Assembly: GCA_964247055.1 (NCBI GenBank)
Contig: OZ176054.1
Location: 4,774,001-4,838,000 of the forward strand
Direction of reading: 5' to 3'
Source: Paragordius varius
Lineage: Eukaryota; Animalia; Nematomorpha
DNA length: 64,000 nucleotides
Of the stretch, positions 52,584 through 64,000 are shown in pieces. The notes under the pieces were generated by a model. It was not told where the DNA came from and searched no databases. It was given only the letters and a program-made list of their open reading frames with translations. Both the position numbers and the translations under genes were made by a program. Each line of letters starts with the position of its first letter. The first letter of the stretch is position 1.

Positions 52584-54625
52584 TTAGGATTCCATATTCG
52601 GAATTTTATATCCATGAAGTAGCTTCCTCCATAAATTACGATCTTTACATTGTTCTGTGGAAAGGCTACGTTGATTCAAGTCCATTTTTATATTATCATT
52701 ATAAGAAAAGAGTGGTCGTCCCTTTCTTCTATTGCCATCAACATTAATGTTTTCAACAGTTTTTAACGGATGGGTGGCGTCTCTTCTCTGAGTATGACCG
52801 TATAGACGCAATCTGTTAGTTTGAATTATATAATCGATTTATCGTTTTCTTTAATGAAAATTGGTATTTCTGGTGTACGAAAGCAGCTTTTGAGTATTCG
52901 ATTCTCACTGGTTAGGAGTTTTGTTTGATTTGTTTTGTTTAATGCCCAGGTTTCAGAACCATAGGTAAGAGCAGGTCTTATTCCTGCCTTGTAAAGATAC
53001 CATTTATTACGATTGTTAACATGTTTGTTTTGGAAAACATATTTTAATTGATTATATTTTATCCAACCTTGTTGTATTCTTCTTTTGATAGCCTTTTGTG
53101 GGCTTCCCTGAGATGATATGACATCTCCTAGGTATACGAAGGAGTCAACCAATTCGATGTCATGTCCATCAATGTTAAGTAGCTTTGGTCGATTAAAATT
53201 TTTATTGCTTGGGTCTAAGCAATTTAAGCATTTAAAATTAATTACATTTGTTAACTTGTCTTTTATTTTTGAGCACTTTTTGTGTACCCACAATTGACAT
53301 GATATGCATTTAATGGAATTTGAACGTACTTCCTTACTGCAAATGGAACAGGGGTATCTGGGTGTTTCACTTTCACCCGTTATCATTATTTTTGTTTTTG
53401 TGGCGTTTATGATCATTCCATATTGTTCAAGGCATTTCTTCCACTTGGAATATGTATTTACCAGTTGATCCCATGATCGTGTCGTTATCACGAGGTCGTC
53501 GGCGAATAACATTTCCCAAGGGCATTCAGTTCTTATGTCTTGCGTTGCCGCATCCATTATAGTTATAAAAAGGAGTGGACTTAGGACTGAACCCTGATGT
53601 AGTCCAGCGTTTGTTGGGAAATTGTTTGTATTGCCAATATTGGTTCTAACGTTGGTTGTTGTATTTTTATAGAGTAGTAATAAAATTTGTATAGTATGTT
53701 CTTCTATTCCCTTTTTACGTAGTGCCCATTGAATTGTGGAGCGTGGTATTTGGTCAAACGCACGTTCCAGATCTACAAAGACATGGTATAGCTTTTGTTT
53801 CTTTTCCAGATATTTTTCTTGTAAGCGTCTTAGGATGAACAAGGGATCAATTGTGCTACTGTTTGGACGGAATGCAAACTGATTTGAATCTAAGCTTATA
53901 AGTTTTCTCAGCCTGTTTTCTAAAATATTTTCGAATATTTTCAGTGTGTGTTCTAGAAGTTTTAAAGGTCGGTAGGACGATGTTTTTAAACGATCACCTT
54001 TATTTTTATAAATGGGGATTATTATGCTGTTCTTCCAATCGTTGGGAGTTTGGTTTGTAATTATTATTTGGTTAAAGAGTTTTGTTAGATATTCTGCAGT
54101 GTTTGTGATGGGTCGAATGAGGTCGACTGAAAGGCTGCTTGGGCCTGGAGCTTTGTTACTTTTTAATTTATTGATTGCAGTTGTGACTTCATCTATGGTG
54201 ATTTCTTGTATGGGACCAGCTACTGGTGAAACCATGCTAATTTGTTTGGTCGGGTTTACTTGGTTGAGTTGTTTTTCTAAGTTCGTTTTCCAAATTTCTT
54301 TGACTTTCGAGGGATTCGTTATTATATTATCATTATCATCTTTAATACATTTTATGGTTTTAACATCTTTATTACTATTGTTAAGGTTTTTGAGTCTTTT
54401 AAGAATCGTTTGGTTTTTAAAGTCTTTTTCTAAACTTTCAGCGATTTTAATGGATTTTTCATTCATAGCGTGTCGAATAACTTTCTGGACCTCTCGTTTT
54501 TTGTCATCATAAACTTTTTTATCATCATTATTTTTCGAGCTTTTCCATTTTTTATATGCTTCGCCTTTTTCACGCAACAATGGTTTTATTTCATTTTTCC
54601 ACCACCAGCTTTTCCGTTGCCTCAT
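52584..54625 (-). pseudogene. RTE reverse transcriptase with embedded PHD-like zinc finger and C-terminal domain (frameshift near 52830)
   Basis: WWW, KAPGP, YRPLKLL, QFAFRP..STID, FVDLERAFD, GLHQGSVLSPLLF, FADD (53495-53506), FVYLG; the C-terminus RLRLYGH..RR...GNRRKGRP...DRNLWR is in another frame. Confidence 0.92.
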
Positions 54626-54695
54626 TGGTTTAGTAAAGCCACAATGTATTTTAGCAGATGTTAGAATTGTGCTTTTAAAATTATTCCATAAAGTT

Positions 54696-55574
54696 TCAAC
54701 ATTGTTTTGTTCGGGAATATTTAACGCTGTGTTTTTGGTGTATTAATAATTTTGACTCCTTTAACTTTGCTATGTTTATTTTTTGGGGTTGGAATGCGGT
54801 CTTACGGCTTTTCTCGATGATTAGAAATGCTGTTATTAGCTTGTGTTGGTAGGAGGGTTGATAGTAAGTTTTGATGTTTGTTAAATGTTTCCTAATGTTT
54901 TTGGGAATTAATATGAAGTCTATCATAGATGAGTGATCACCAGAATTATATGTTATGTGCTGGTTGCTTTTTTTCTTAAAATGGGTATTTGCGACTATGA
55001 GTTGATTTGCAATGCAAAAGTCTAGCAAACTCTCGCCCATCTTATCGAGGGCTCCAACGCCATTTCCACCATGCACGCCATGGTATTCATTACTATCATT
55101 ATTAATATGGCAATTAAAATCACCACCAACAAAAGTTTGTTCGCTAGAAGAAGTTTTGTTCATCAAATCATAGAGGGCTTCCCAATATTCGTTTTTTGAT
55201 GCTTCGCTTAGACCAGATTGTGGTGCGTAAGCTGAAACTATATTTATTACATTATCATTCATCAATATTTTTATTTGAATCATTCTTGGATTATGTCTTA
55301 TTACATCAATTATGTTATCACGGTAGATGTTTTTAATGAAAATCGCAACACCACCTTGTCCCTTGTCATTTCCTTTAAAGAATAGTGTATAATCGTCTAA
55401 GCTTTTCAATCCCTCTCCTTTCAATCTGGCCTCTTGGATGCAACATATATCTATATTGTTATGACTAAGAGTGTTTGTTACCATTAATATTTTGTTAACT
55501 AGGGTACCCACATTCCATGTGGCAAATTTCAGAACTGTTTTATTATTATTACTAACGGTATTATTTATTTTCAT
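54696..55574 (-). CDS. RTE APE-type endonuclease (5' part of a frameshifted single ORF)
   Basis: ATWNVGTL, CIQE, VSAYAPQ, GGDFN and IDFIL motifs. Confidence 0.92.
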   Translation of the reverse strand: MKINNTVSNNNKTVLKFATWNVGTLVNKILMVTNTLSHNNIDICCIQEARLKGEGLKSLDDYTLFFKGNDKGQGGVAIFIKNIYRDNIIDVIRHNPRMIQIKILMNDNVINIVSAYAPQSGLSEASKNEYWEALYDLMNKTSSSEQTFVGGDFNCHINNDSNEYHGVHGGNGVGALDKMGESLLDFCIANQLIVANTHFKKKSNQHITYNSGDHSSMIDFILIPKNIRKHLTNIKTYYQPSYQHKLITAFLIIEKSRKTAFQPQKINIAKLKESKLLIHQKHSVKYSRTKQC

Positions 55575-55823
55575 AGTTATTTTGGTAATTATTATTATTC
55601 AAAGTATATATCAAAAAAATATAGTGTATAAAAGTGTAAATAGGAAATATTATCAAAATAATTATTATTATAAGTTGAATTATTATTGTTATTTGAGATA
55701 TTGATAAGGTTTTAGTGTTCTTTCATATTCATATTATTATACTTCATGGTTTATTGAGGCAATTTTTACGTAACACATGCCCTTGTGTACAACTAATGAT
55801 TTTACAGATCATTAGAAAACTGG

Positions 55824-55893
55824 CCTTTGCCGTTAGCGCATTTTCATGCCCCAGCCAACACCACGGGGAGGTGGCAATAGGACTTTGTTGGCA
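55824..55893 (-). ncRNA. HDV-like (delta-like) self-cleaving ribozyme at the RTE 5' end
   Basis: Minus strand: P1 (U)GCCAAC/GUUGGC(U); P2 CCU-A-UUGCC/GGCAA-AGG; P3 ACC/GGU; L3 UCCCCGU; P1.1 CC/GG; P4 GCAU-GAAA-AUGC; J4/2 G-C-U-A-A with the catalytic C equivalent at 55836. Confidence 0.88.
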
Positions 55894-56094
55894 AAATTTA
55901 ACAAACATATATAAACTATTATTTTTTTAAATTATTTCTTACCAAAACCAATTACAATATTAAATTTTGTATGATTTCATTTACTATTTTTTATTTACTT
56001 AAACACGCCCAGGTATCCTAACTAGATGTTTTGTGATTTTAAAATTTTTATTTTACTATTATATATTAATTATATATGTCAGATGTAAATAACA

Positions 56095-58289
56095 TAGGAT
56101 GACCAGACGTCCCGCTTTTGGCGGGACAGTTCCGATTTTTTACCATTTGTCCCCGCGTTCCGCTACTTTTTTTCAAAAGTCCCGCTTTTAGTATTCAGAT
56201 AAATATTATATTAAATCTATTGTTTTGCGCTTTTTTGTATTCGTACTGCTAACTGAACAGTCAAATGAAGTCTGCTACTTACGCTTACCATAGAAATTTA
56301 TAATAAATAATTTATTTTTATTGATATAGTTTATTTTAGATTTTGATGAGTATGAAAAGAGGATTTAACTCACCGATGATTTAAGAAGTAAACTTTCTTT
56401 TATTAAAAAACTTAAAAAGGACTACATAGTTAAATGTCAAACATGCAACGGCGAATTCAGTATTTTGCACGGCGGAAAGAATGATGTCTCCAAAACATTT
56501 GGAGAGGCAGAAAAAGATGTGTAAATACTGCTGCATCATCCTCCAATGCCAGATTTTATTTAAAAAACAACATACGGAGATGCAAAATAATTTAGCATTA
56601 ACAGAAGGACTTATATCATTTACGCTGTTAATTACAATCATTCCTTCAGATCTATGGATTGTACATCACAAGTATCAGAAAGCTATTTAATAAAAAATTT
56701 ACCTGTGCTAGAACAGCCGAGGCAACACTATGTAATGTGCTGTCCCACCTGCATTTTCAGAAATTAAAAATAATTTACAAAAAATTAATTTTGTATCCAT
56801 ATATTCTGACGCGTCTAATCATAAAGAAATAAAATTATTTCTAACCATCATAAGATATTTTGATGTTACTGGGGTTAAAATTAAAATTTTAAATTTTATT
56901 TCTTTACCCGATGAAAATTTTTAAATAATTTTTAGTTCTATTATAGATTTCTAAAAAAAATAATTTAAAACAAAAAATTATCGCATACTGTGCAGACAAT
57001 ACGAGTACTAATTTCGGAGGAAAAGCGAGAAGGCACAAATAATATATCTTATAAATTAGCGAAAGATCTGAATCAAAATATTATTGGTGCTGGGTGTGCA
57101 ACGCATATAACGCTATTCAAACAGCTGCTGACTTGTTACCAGTTTTTAAATTTATTCTAATTTCTATATATAAACTGAGCGCGTTGTAATGCTTAAAGAT
57201 TTTTGTGAAAATGCGGAATATCAGAAAATACTTGGATACTGTAAGCGTTGGTTAGCTCTTCTGCCAGCTATCGAAAGAATTTTGAAAATGTATGATCCCT
57301 TTAAATCCTACTTTCTTTCGCAAACAAATGTTCTACAATTTTAAAAAAGTTTTTTAAAAATAAATCTTTAAAATAGTTAGAGTTTCTATAAATCAAGCTG
57401 CTCTTTTTTAAAACGTCATTAAACATTGAAGGTGACAAATTATCTGCAAACGAAATAGCAAATGAAGTTAATAATTTAAAATACCAATGTCAAGAGAGGT
57501 TAGAATTTATTTTTTGCCATACTATTAATAGTATAATCGACCTTAAAGGGTAAGGTGCAATAAACTGTCAGTATATCATAAACCATATAAATAGGTTTTA
57601 AACCAACTGCAAAGGTTATTTAGAAGACTGGACGGTACGATTCAATGATATTGATCCTTTTTATTGGATAACCATAATTTACTAGGAACGATGTTAAAAA
57701 ATTCTTTGATTTAATTTCTCTAAAATTCCCAAATAGTAATATTACTGAAAATAATTTTTTTAATGAAGTATCATTTGTTGAAAAATATATTGATAAAGAA
57801 AAGCTCAAATATTGGGCATCAGAAAAAATAACAGTAGATGACAAATGGTTGGAAATATTTCATCATATTGAAACAAACTACCTTCCTTACAATAATGTTT
57901 AAAAAATTGTGGAAACCGCACTCTCTCCTGGAAATAATGCTGCGACTGAACGCGTTTTTTGTGCAGTAAATTAAGTGTGGACATCGGAAAAAGATCAAAA
58001 TTAAATGTTGAAACTCTCAAAGCCATTTTCAAATATAATTTAACAAATTCTTGTAAAGAATTTTATAATATATAAAAAAATGATAACGACCTGCTCCTAC
58101 AAATTTACTGAAATAAAAAATATATTAAGGAATGAATATTATACATTTTTTATTATAAATTGTATTATTTTAAAAATAAAAAAATATTACGATATTATTT
58201 TTTGTTAGAAAGTTTATTTGATAATCAATACCCCCCCCGCCCTTAGGTTGAGAGTTGTCCCGCTTTTTCCATTTAAAAATCTGTTCCTT
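56095..58289 (+). mobile_element. Decayed autonomous hAT (Blackjack-like) transposon with transposase pseudogene
   Basis: 5' end taggatgaccagacgtcccg; perfect 8-bp TSD aaataaca (56087-56094 and 58290-58297); transposase fragments in order CQTCNGEFSILHGG, HSFRSMDCTS, SDASNHK, ADNTSTNFGG, GCATH, KRWLALLPAIER, PGNNAATERVF, broken by stops and frameshifts. Confidence 0.92.
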
Positions 58290-59021
58290 AAATAACAGGA
58301 TCTGAAAAAAACATTTATTATTTTTGATAAATCATTTAGAACCATATTTTTAGACTAGGGATGTTCAACACGTTTTGTTCGGTACTCAAAAGTCCATAAA
58401 AAAGTTGAAAAAATAAAAATTATATTTAACTTTACTATTATTTAGAAGAAATATTATCCTAAATTCGGCTTAAATAAATAATAAACCCTAAAATTTTCAA
58501 AGCAGCCCGGGAAGATATTTTAGACCTCCCTGTGAAATAGACTTTGAAACAAATTTAGACATAGTTCACCGAGTTAAACGGCGTGCTTGACATAACGGCA
58601 AATTCCCTTAAATGGGTACTCTTGTGTCAATTTTTCCCATTCATAAATTGGTATAACATTTGCGTGTCGGTAAAAAATATTTTGTGTTTATAAGATATAA
58701 ATTATTAAAATAATTCCAATTAAATTTATAAGATCTTTCTAAACAAAATGTTTTGCTCGATATAATAATTCGTATATGAATTCGAACTTACTAAATTTGA
58801 ATTTATAAATTACCATACCAAAGAATTAAAGTTTTAATCTAAGCAATAAAACATTCATTTTTGGCAGTAAATTGGGATATCTAATTACACATTCTAGAAT
58901 TTGAGAGATATCAAATATAATAATTAACCTTTACTTGGTAAACGCAATAAAAGTAACACAAACTATCATTACTACTGTACATCTCTCTTAAAGTAATTAT
59001 ATTTTATTATATTAAGACTAG

Positions 59022-59633
59022 ATGAGTTCCTCCGAAAGTTTACTACATTTAAGTTCATCTTCTTCGAATTCGGACCATTTGCTTTTGGTACGATCTAAAT
59101 CATTAGTGAGTATACCATTTAACAATACTGCTCATTCTGCTTCTAATTACGACAATGCTTTGTTAGGGCATCGCCCCTTAACAACTCAACAACAAAACTT
59201 GGAAACTTTTAATGATAAGGATGTAAAAAATATAATTATTAGTCCGTTATCTAGCCTGAATACTAGCTCTGAAAATATTTCCAACAACTCTCACAACATA
59301 CAACATTATGTAGTATATCAAAGCAATTATAATTATAATAGCAATAGACATTGTCAACCACTTAATGTCCCAACTTTACAACCTATTCAACTTTTAACAG
59401 ACATGATACTAAATGAAAGTTGTCCTGACCCCATCACTACGCACCTACCAAGGCGAGAAAGTTTAAACTCATCTGATGCAGGCACATACAGCAAACTAAT
59501 TGATTTAACATTTAAAGAGCAAATAGGATCGACATACAATGCAGCAAGAGAATGCTTAACAACGAAAGAAACATTAACCTCAAAACCAGAGAATGAGTTA
59601 ATAATTTTTTTAGAAAAGATATTATCTATATAG
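59022..59633 (+). CDS. Unassigned Ser/Asn-rich ORF (203 aa), probably an exon of an unrecognised gene
   Basis: A long ORF in very AT-rich DNA with coding-like composition; the ATG is directly preceded by AG, so it may be an internal exon; no domain recognised. Confidence 0.5.
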   Translation: MSSSESLLHLSSSSSNSDHLLLVRSKSLVSIPFNNTAHSASNYDNALLGHRPLTTQQQNLETFNDKDVKNIIISPLSSLNTSSENISNNSHNIQHYVVYQSNYNYNSNRHCQPLNVPTLQPIQLLTDMILNESCPDPITTHLPRRESLNSSDAGTYSKLIDLTFKEQIGSTYNAARECLTTKETLTSKPENELIIFLEKILSI

Positions 59634-62600
59634 GAGTCTACATTTGCTATAAAAGATTAATGTCAAACTTTCTATTTTTTGGTAAAATATACTAAAAAGG
59701 TGTCTAACATTTTAATTATCACATAATGTGTAAAATTTAGGCATATCCGGAAAATAAACGATTTTAGAGCATAAACTCATTTTGGCAGTTAGTCATTATA
59801 CTTAAAAGGTAGATATAAATAGTGTTAAGCTCGTGTAAGGCTTTTAAATGGAAAATTAAACTTCGTAACAAAATATTATTTGAAGGGATTAAAGTTAAAT
59901 ACATGATTACTTTTTGGTCTATTTTACCATACATGGGCACATAAAGCCTAGAAAATATGTTTTTTAACACATGGTAACAAAATAAAAGTTAATACATGCA
60001 ACCTTATGTAAGCATAAATTATATTAACTGATAACTAAGTATAACGTTTGAATACCGTTCAATATTTTCTCAATATTACAGTTTAGGTTTCTAAGAATTT
60101 GTGATTGAATTGATGTCTTAGTCTGATTTTAAACCATTACTATCAACCAAAAATCTTTAAACGGTCGAAAAACATATTTTTCCATTAAAAAGCACCTTTA
60201 GGACCGCATGCGGCCCATGGTTGATTAAAACCATTTAATATTTTTTTATTTTTAATATATTATTTTTTGTAATAATATAGGAATCATGGATATTTTTAAC
60301 CAAAAATTGAACAGCGGTCCTCAACCTCCAAAAAATACTTTTTCTTTTAAATTTGTTTTAGTAGTTTATTTAGTTTTATTTGGTTCAAAATTTGTTTTAA
60401 GATATTTATTAATATAAAGTATATTACATCAGGGACTGAAACTGGAACCGCTTTTAGCTTCGGTTCCGGCTCCACTCTCTGGGTAACCCATATATTATTT
60501 ATATAATGGCAAAGAAAATGGTTCTAGTTGCTTATAAAATTTGCCAAAAATTGGACATTGGTATTTTCATTAAATTACAGAACGATAGTTGGATACGTCG
60601 TTTTCGGAATTAAGTTGCAATTAGCTCCATAGGGCTTTTTTATATTGAAATTTCCCTGCCTATTTCGTGCATCAAAATATTTTTACATTCTTATTTTCAT
60701 GTTTTTATTTTTCTTTAACAGGTTTCCTAAGATTTAAGGTACTTACAAGGATTATATCGGTTCTTGCAATCCCTGTATTAAAACATTTAAACTTCGCTAT
60801 ATCTAATCCACCTTTTAAAATTTCGATTTCCTAAAATTGTGTTTGTTGGTGAAATTGCTCGCATTATATTTCTGTTATTGATTCCAAATTTAGGAGGTTT
60901 TTCTTTTAAATATTAAAAAACATGATTAAAATGGAAAAAAATGTATAAGAAAAAAATATAGGATCTAAATTTGAGTTACTGCCCCAGACACGCATGATTA
61001 ATTCTTAGAGTCAAGTAAAAATGTATAGATTAATAGTACAGGTTTTTAAACTAGTTGTTTTTTATTTATATATTTATTTTTTTATTATCCTTTTACAGGT
61101 TAGTCAAGCTAATTGCACTGTTAGTATCATCCAAAAAATAGTCAAGTAAGGCGAAACATGAATAGTATTATTTAAAATCACTTAGCTTATTTTGTTTCAT
61201 GTTCATCTATCATTTATTTTGTGACTTAACAAGATCTGATTTGAGTTCTATAGCGCGATTTCATTCATTTGGTATTATTTTCGAATCATCGGTAATTTAA
61301 ACAGTTCCGCCTTTCAAAGATAAATACCTTTTCTTCTTAACTCGAAAAAAAAATTTTGCGGGTCTCAATTAAATTAATTGTTGGACGGAGGAAATATATA
61401 GTATTAATAATTTATTCACTATGTAATATTTTTTGCTAAACAGATGGGAAACCCAAAATGAAAGAAACCTCCAATATTTTCAACAATTAGGTCCAACCAA
61501 ATTGCTCAGATCTTCAGTACGAGGCAAATATGAATCATTAATGGCCCAGACATTTTATGAGCCTTCGACAAGATCTATATAGAGAGTCAAAGATAATATA
61601 CATATTGCTTAATTAACCCCTTGGAGTGCGTTTAATAAATATATTTAATATTCTTTTGTTTTAATTTAGGGGTCAATTTTATTTTAAGTTATTATAATAA
61701 AATTTAGTATTAAACAAATACTCATTTAACTTTATATATTATAGATTGGTGAAATACAATTTTTTAACTACATATTGTGAACTTTTACACTGATATTTTA
61801 TATACGTACATATAACCACATAAATGATGCATATTTAAGTTGAGTACATCCCGACAATTAAACAGTAAAAAGTAAAGGGTTTATTTTTGGTTTACTATTG
61901 TGACATATTAAATTACGCGCTCCAAAAAACCCATAAAAATTTTGGGAAAACAGAAACCTTCAAAGGTAAGAAACCAAAAGAAGATATTTATTTGAAAAAT
62001 ATAAAATGTTAATTTTTTTGGAAATCATTTTGGATTTACTTAAATTATATATAATATATATAATAACAAATTTGTTCAAACATGCGTAAAAGCAGACATT
62101 ATTTTTTAAAAAGAAAAGATTTTAAAATTCAATTTCACGCCAGGCTCCTTACAAAAATACATTTTTTTCGGGAATTCATTCAATATTATTACTTAAAATT
62201 TTTTTTACCACAAAAAATTTATGAATCTTTATTTTTAATATTGGCGTTTAAGAGGTTATATTTCGAAAAAAATTGTGAACGTTATATATATAATAATAGT
62301 TTTTTTATAACTTTGTCATACAATAAATTTTAATTACTTGTGAGAAACAAACCATGCTATAATCTAATTTTTGTAATATTTTTTTATTATATATATTTGG
62401 CATTTATAAACTAAGATCAAGGAATTAATTTGATGAAAACAAAGCATAAAAGGTAGAAAAGAAAAAGGAGATAGATCGAGATTAGTTAAAAAATATATAT
62501 ACTCTTTTTTAAGGTGACGCATAAGAAAATTATCTTTCTTTAAGCTTCGAAACTTTTAATGTTACAAGAATTTAAAAAAATATATATAAATATATTGTTG

Positions 62601-62693
62601 GAACGATGTTAATTCTAAATTATTTTGTTTTAACTAATATATATCCTTTTTTAGCCTAGTAAATTTATAATAAGAGATATTTTCAAATCTGAT

Positions 62694-62698
<5 letters not shown>

Positions 62699-62737
<39 letters not shown>

Positions 62738-62885
62738 TGTATTATGTGTCAACATATTGCCAGTTAATTTAATTATACAAAAATTACAACTAATAGTTTA
62801 TTGTGTTATAATGGTTATAATCCGCTAACCTTTTTATCAAAATAGTAATTTTTAAGTTATATAATATATATATATATATATATAT
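62699..62885. repeat. Two (AT)n microsatellites (62699-62732 and 62864-62885)
   Basis: Directly visible. Confidence 0.95.
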
Positions 62886-64000
62886 GATTTTCCTACCTCC
62901 ATAATTTTTTTTCCGTTATAAAAAAGAAGTTACTACTTACTCTCTATAGGCGAGGGAGTTGATAAAAATACATTTTTTGTATTCAATTCTTCTCCTAACT
63001 CACTACTGCTGGAGTCATAAAGTTTTTAACAAAAAACAACTTTTGTGATAAGCAACTTCCTCCGAAAGATTTGTGTTTTATAAAACATTTTTTTTTACTC
63101 AAGTATCGTTGACTGTCACTTCTCTTTTTTCCTCCAAAACAAATTTATTTTATTTCCCAAGACTTAATTATACTGTACGAATCTGGACAAAAATTTATTA
63201 GTTTTGTTAATTATAGACCTAAGAACAAAAAATTTTTATTTTATCGTTTTTTTTTCTATAAAAAATTTAATTATATAATTTTATTTTAAGTAAAATTTCT
63301 CGTGTCTATAGTTTCAATTTTTGTTAAAGTTTTAACAATTTAATTTGATCAATCATACAATCTATTGGAGATATACTAGGACACTATGAATTCAAATCAA
63401 TATTTAAGTAAGTGTATATTTTAACTAAATTATTCAAACAAGTAAGTAAAAAATGTTTTTAACCCATATTGCCACCGACAATTAACATTTAAATATTTGA
63501 ACGGAATTTTTATATTTTTTGATAATTTAACATGAACTCAAAAAAATTTGCTATAATTTATTAATTTAATTAACTAATTCCCTTTTTAAATTTAAAATAT
63601 AATTGAAAATATTTTATTTAAAGTTGGTAGTTGGCTATTTAATAATTTACCAATAAAATTGCTGTTATAATTATTTTAAAAGTGTGAAATGGTTAAAATT
63701 TATTTTTATTTGCTCCTTAAACGACATTAATAAGTTAATTTGCGAAAATAATTATCACTAAATTCACGAGTGAGATTTTATACCTATTCCTGAATATATT
63801 AAATTTAAATATTCATTAGGGAAATAAAAATATGACATTAGGACTTTTTAATCAAATAAATTAGTTTTATTTCGAATTGAGGTTTAGTGTATTGTATTAC
63901 CTCTTTTATCATATATCGATATGCTTTTAGATCCATCCGCTTCCGGGTCGAAGTATATTTTTGGAAATTTCATTTCCACGTATTTTTTGATAACAAAAAA

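Larger units (their letters stand above)
52571..55893 (-). mobile_element. Full-length RTE-clade non-LTR retrotransposon, 3323 bp
   Basis: Perfect 15-bp TSD aaatttaacaaacat at 52556-52570 and 55894-55908; APE endonuclease plus RT, split by two frameshifts; very short 3' tail. Confidence 0.95.

Noticed and set aside
54012-54664. Plus-strand ORFs of 166 and 64 aa
   Set aside because: Antisense shadows of the RTE reverse transcriptase.
56381-58032. Short ORFs listed within the hAT element
   Set aside because: Off-frame or antisense to the fragmented transposase.
62960-63140. Minus-strand EEVAYHKSC fragment suggestive of a DNA-transposon protein
   Set aside because: Too short and stop-ridden, with no termini or TSD found.

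Overview
Very AT-rich eukaryotic (probably compact metazoan) genomic DNA, not prokaryotic. Bases 1-~10980 are a 61-62 bp tandem satellite with higher-order structure. Five spliced housekeeping genes can be reconstructed by eye: NOL9/Grc3-like RNA kinase (+), ZDHHC6 palmitoyltransferase (+), TOP1 (-), DCTN1/p150Glued (+, head-to-head with TOP1) and SNF/U1A-U2B'' (+). Their introns are bimodal: 22-29 nt micro-introns alongside larger, often TE-filled introns. The rest is a mosaic of mobile elements: a full-length RTE-clade LINE with a 15-bp TSD, two hAT elements with perfect 8-bp TSDs, several MITEs, a foldback family built on a 21-bp unit, a tRNA-derived SINE-like element and old LINE relics. 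The best discovery is a compact HDV-like self-cleaving ribozyme fold (55824-55893, minus strand) whose predicted cleavage position coincides exactly with the TSD-defined 5' end of the RTE. A second is an apparently obligatory non-canonical GT-GG 22-nt intron in ZDHHC6. Gene models and coordinates were derived manually and family names come from recalled motifs; no searches were run.
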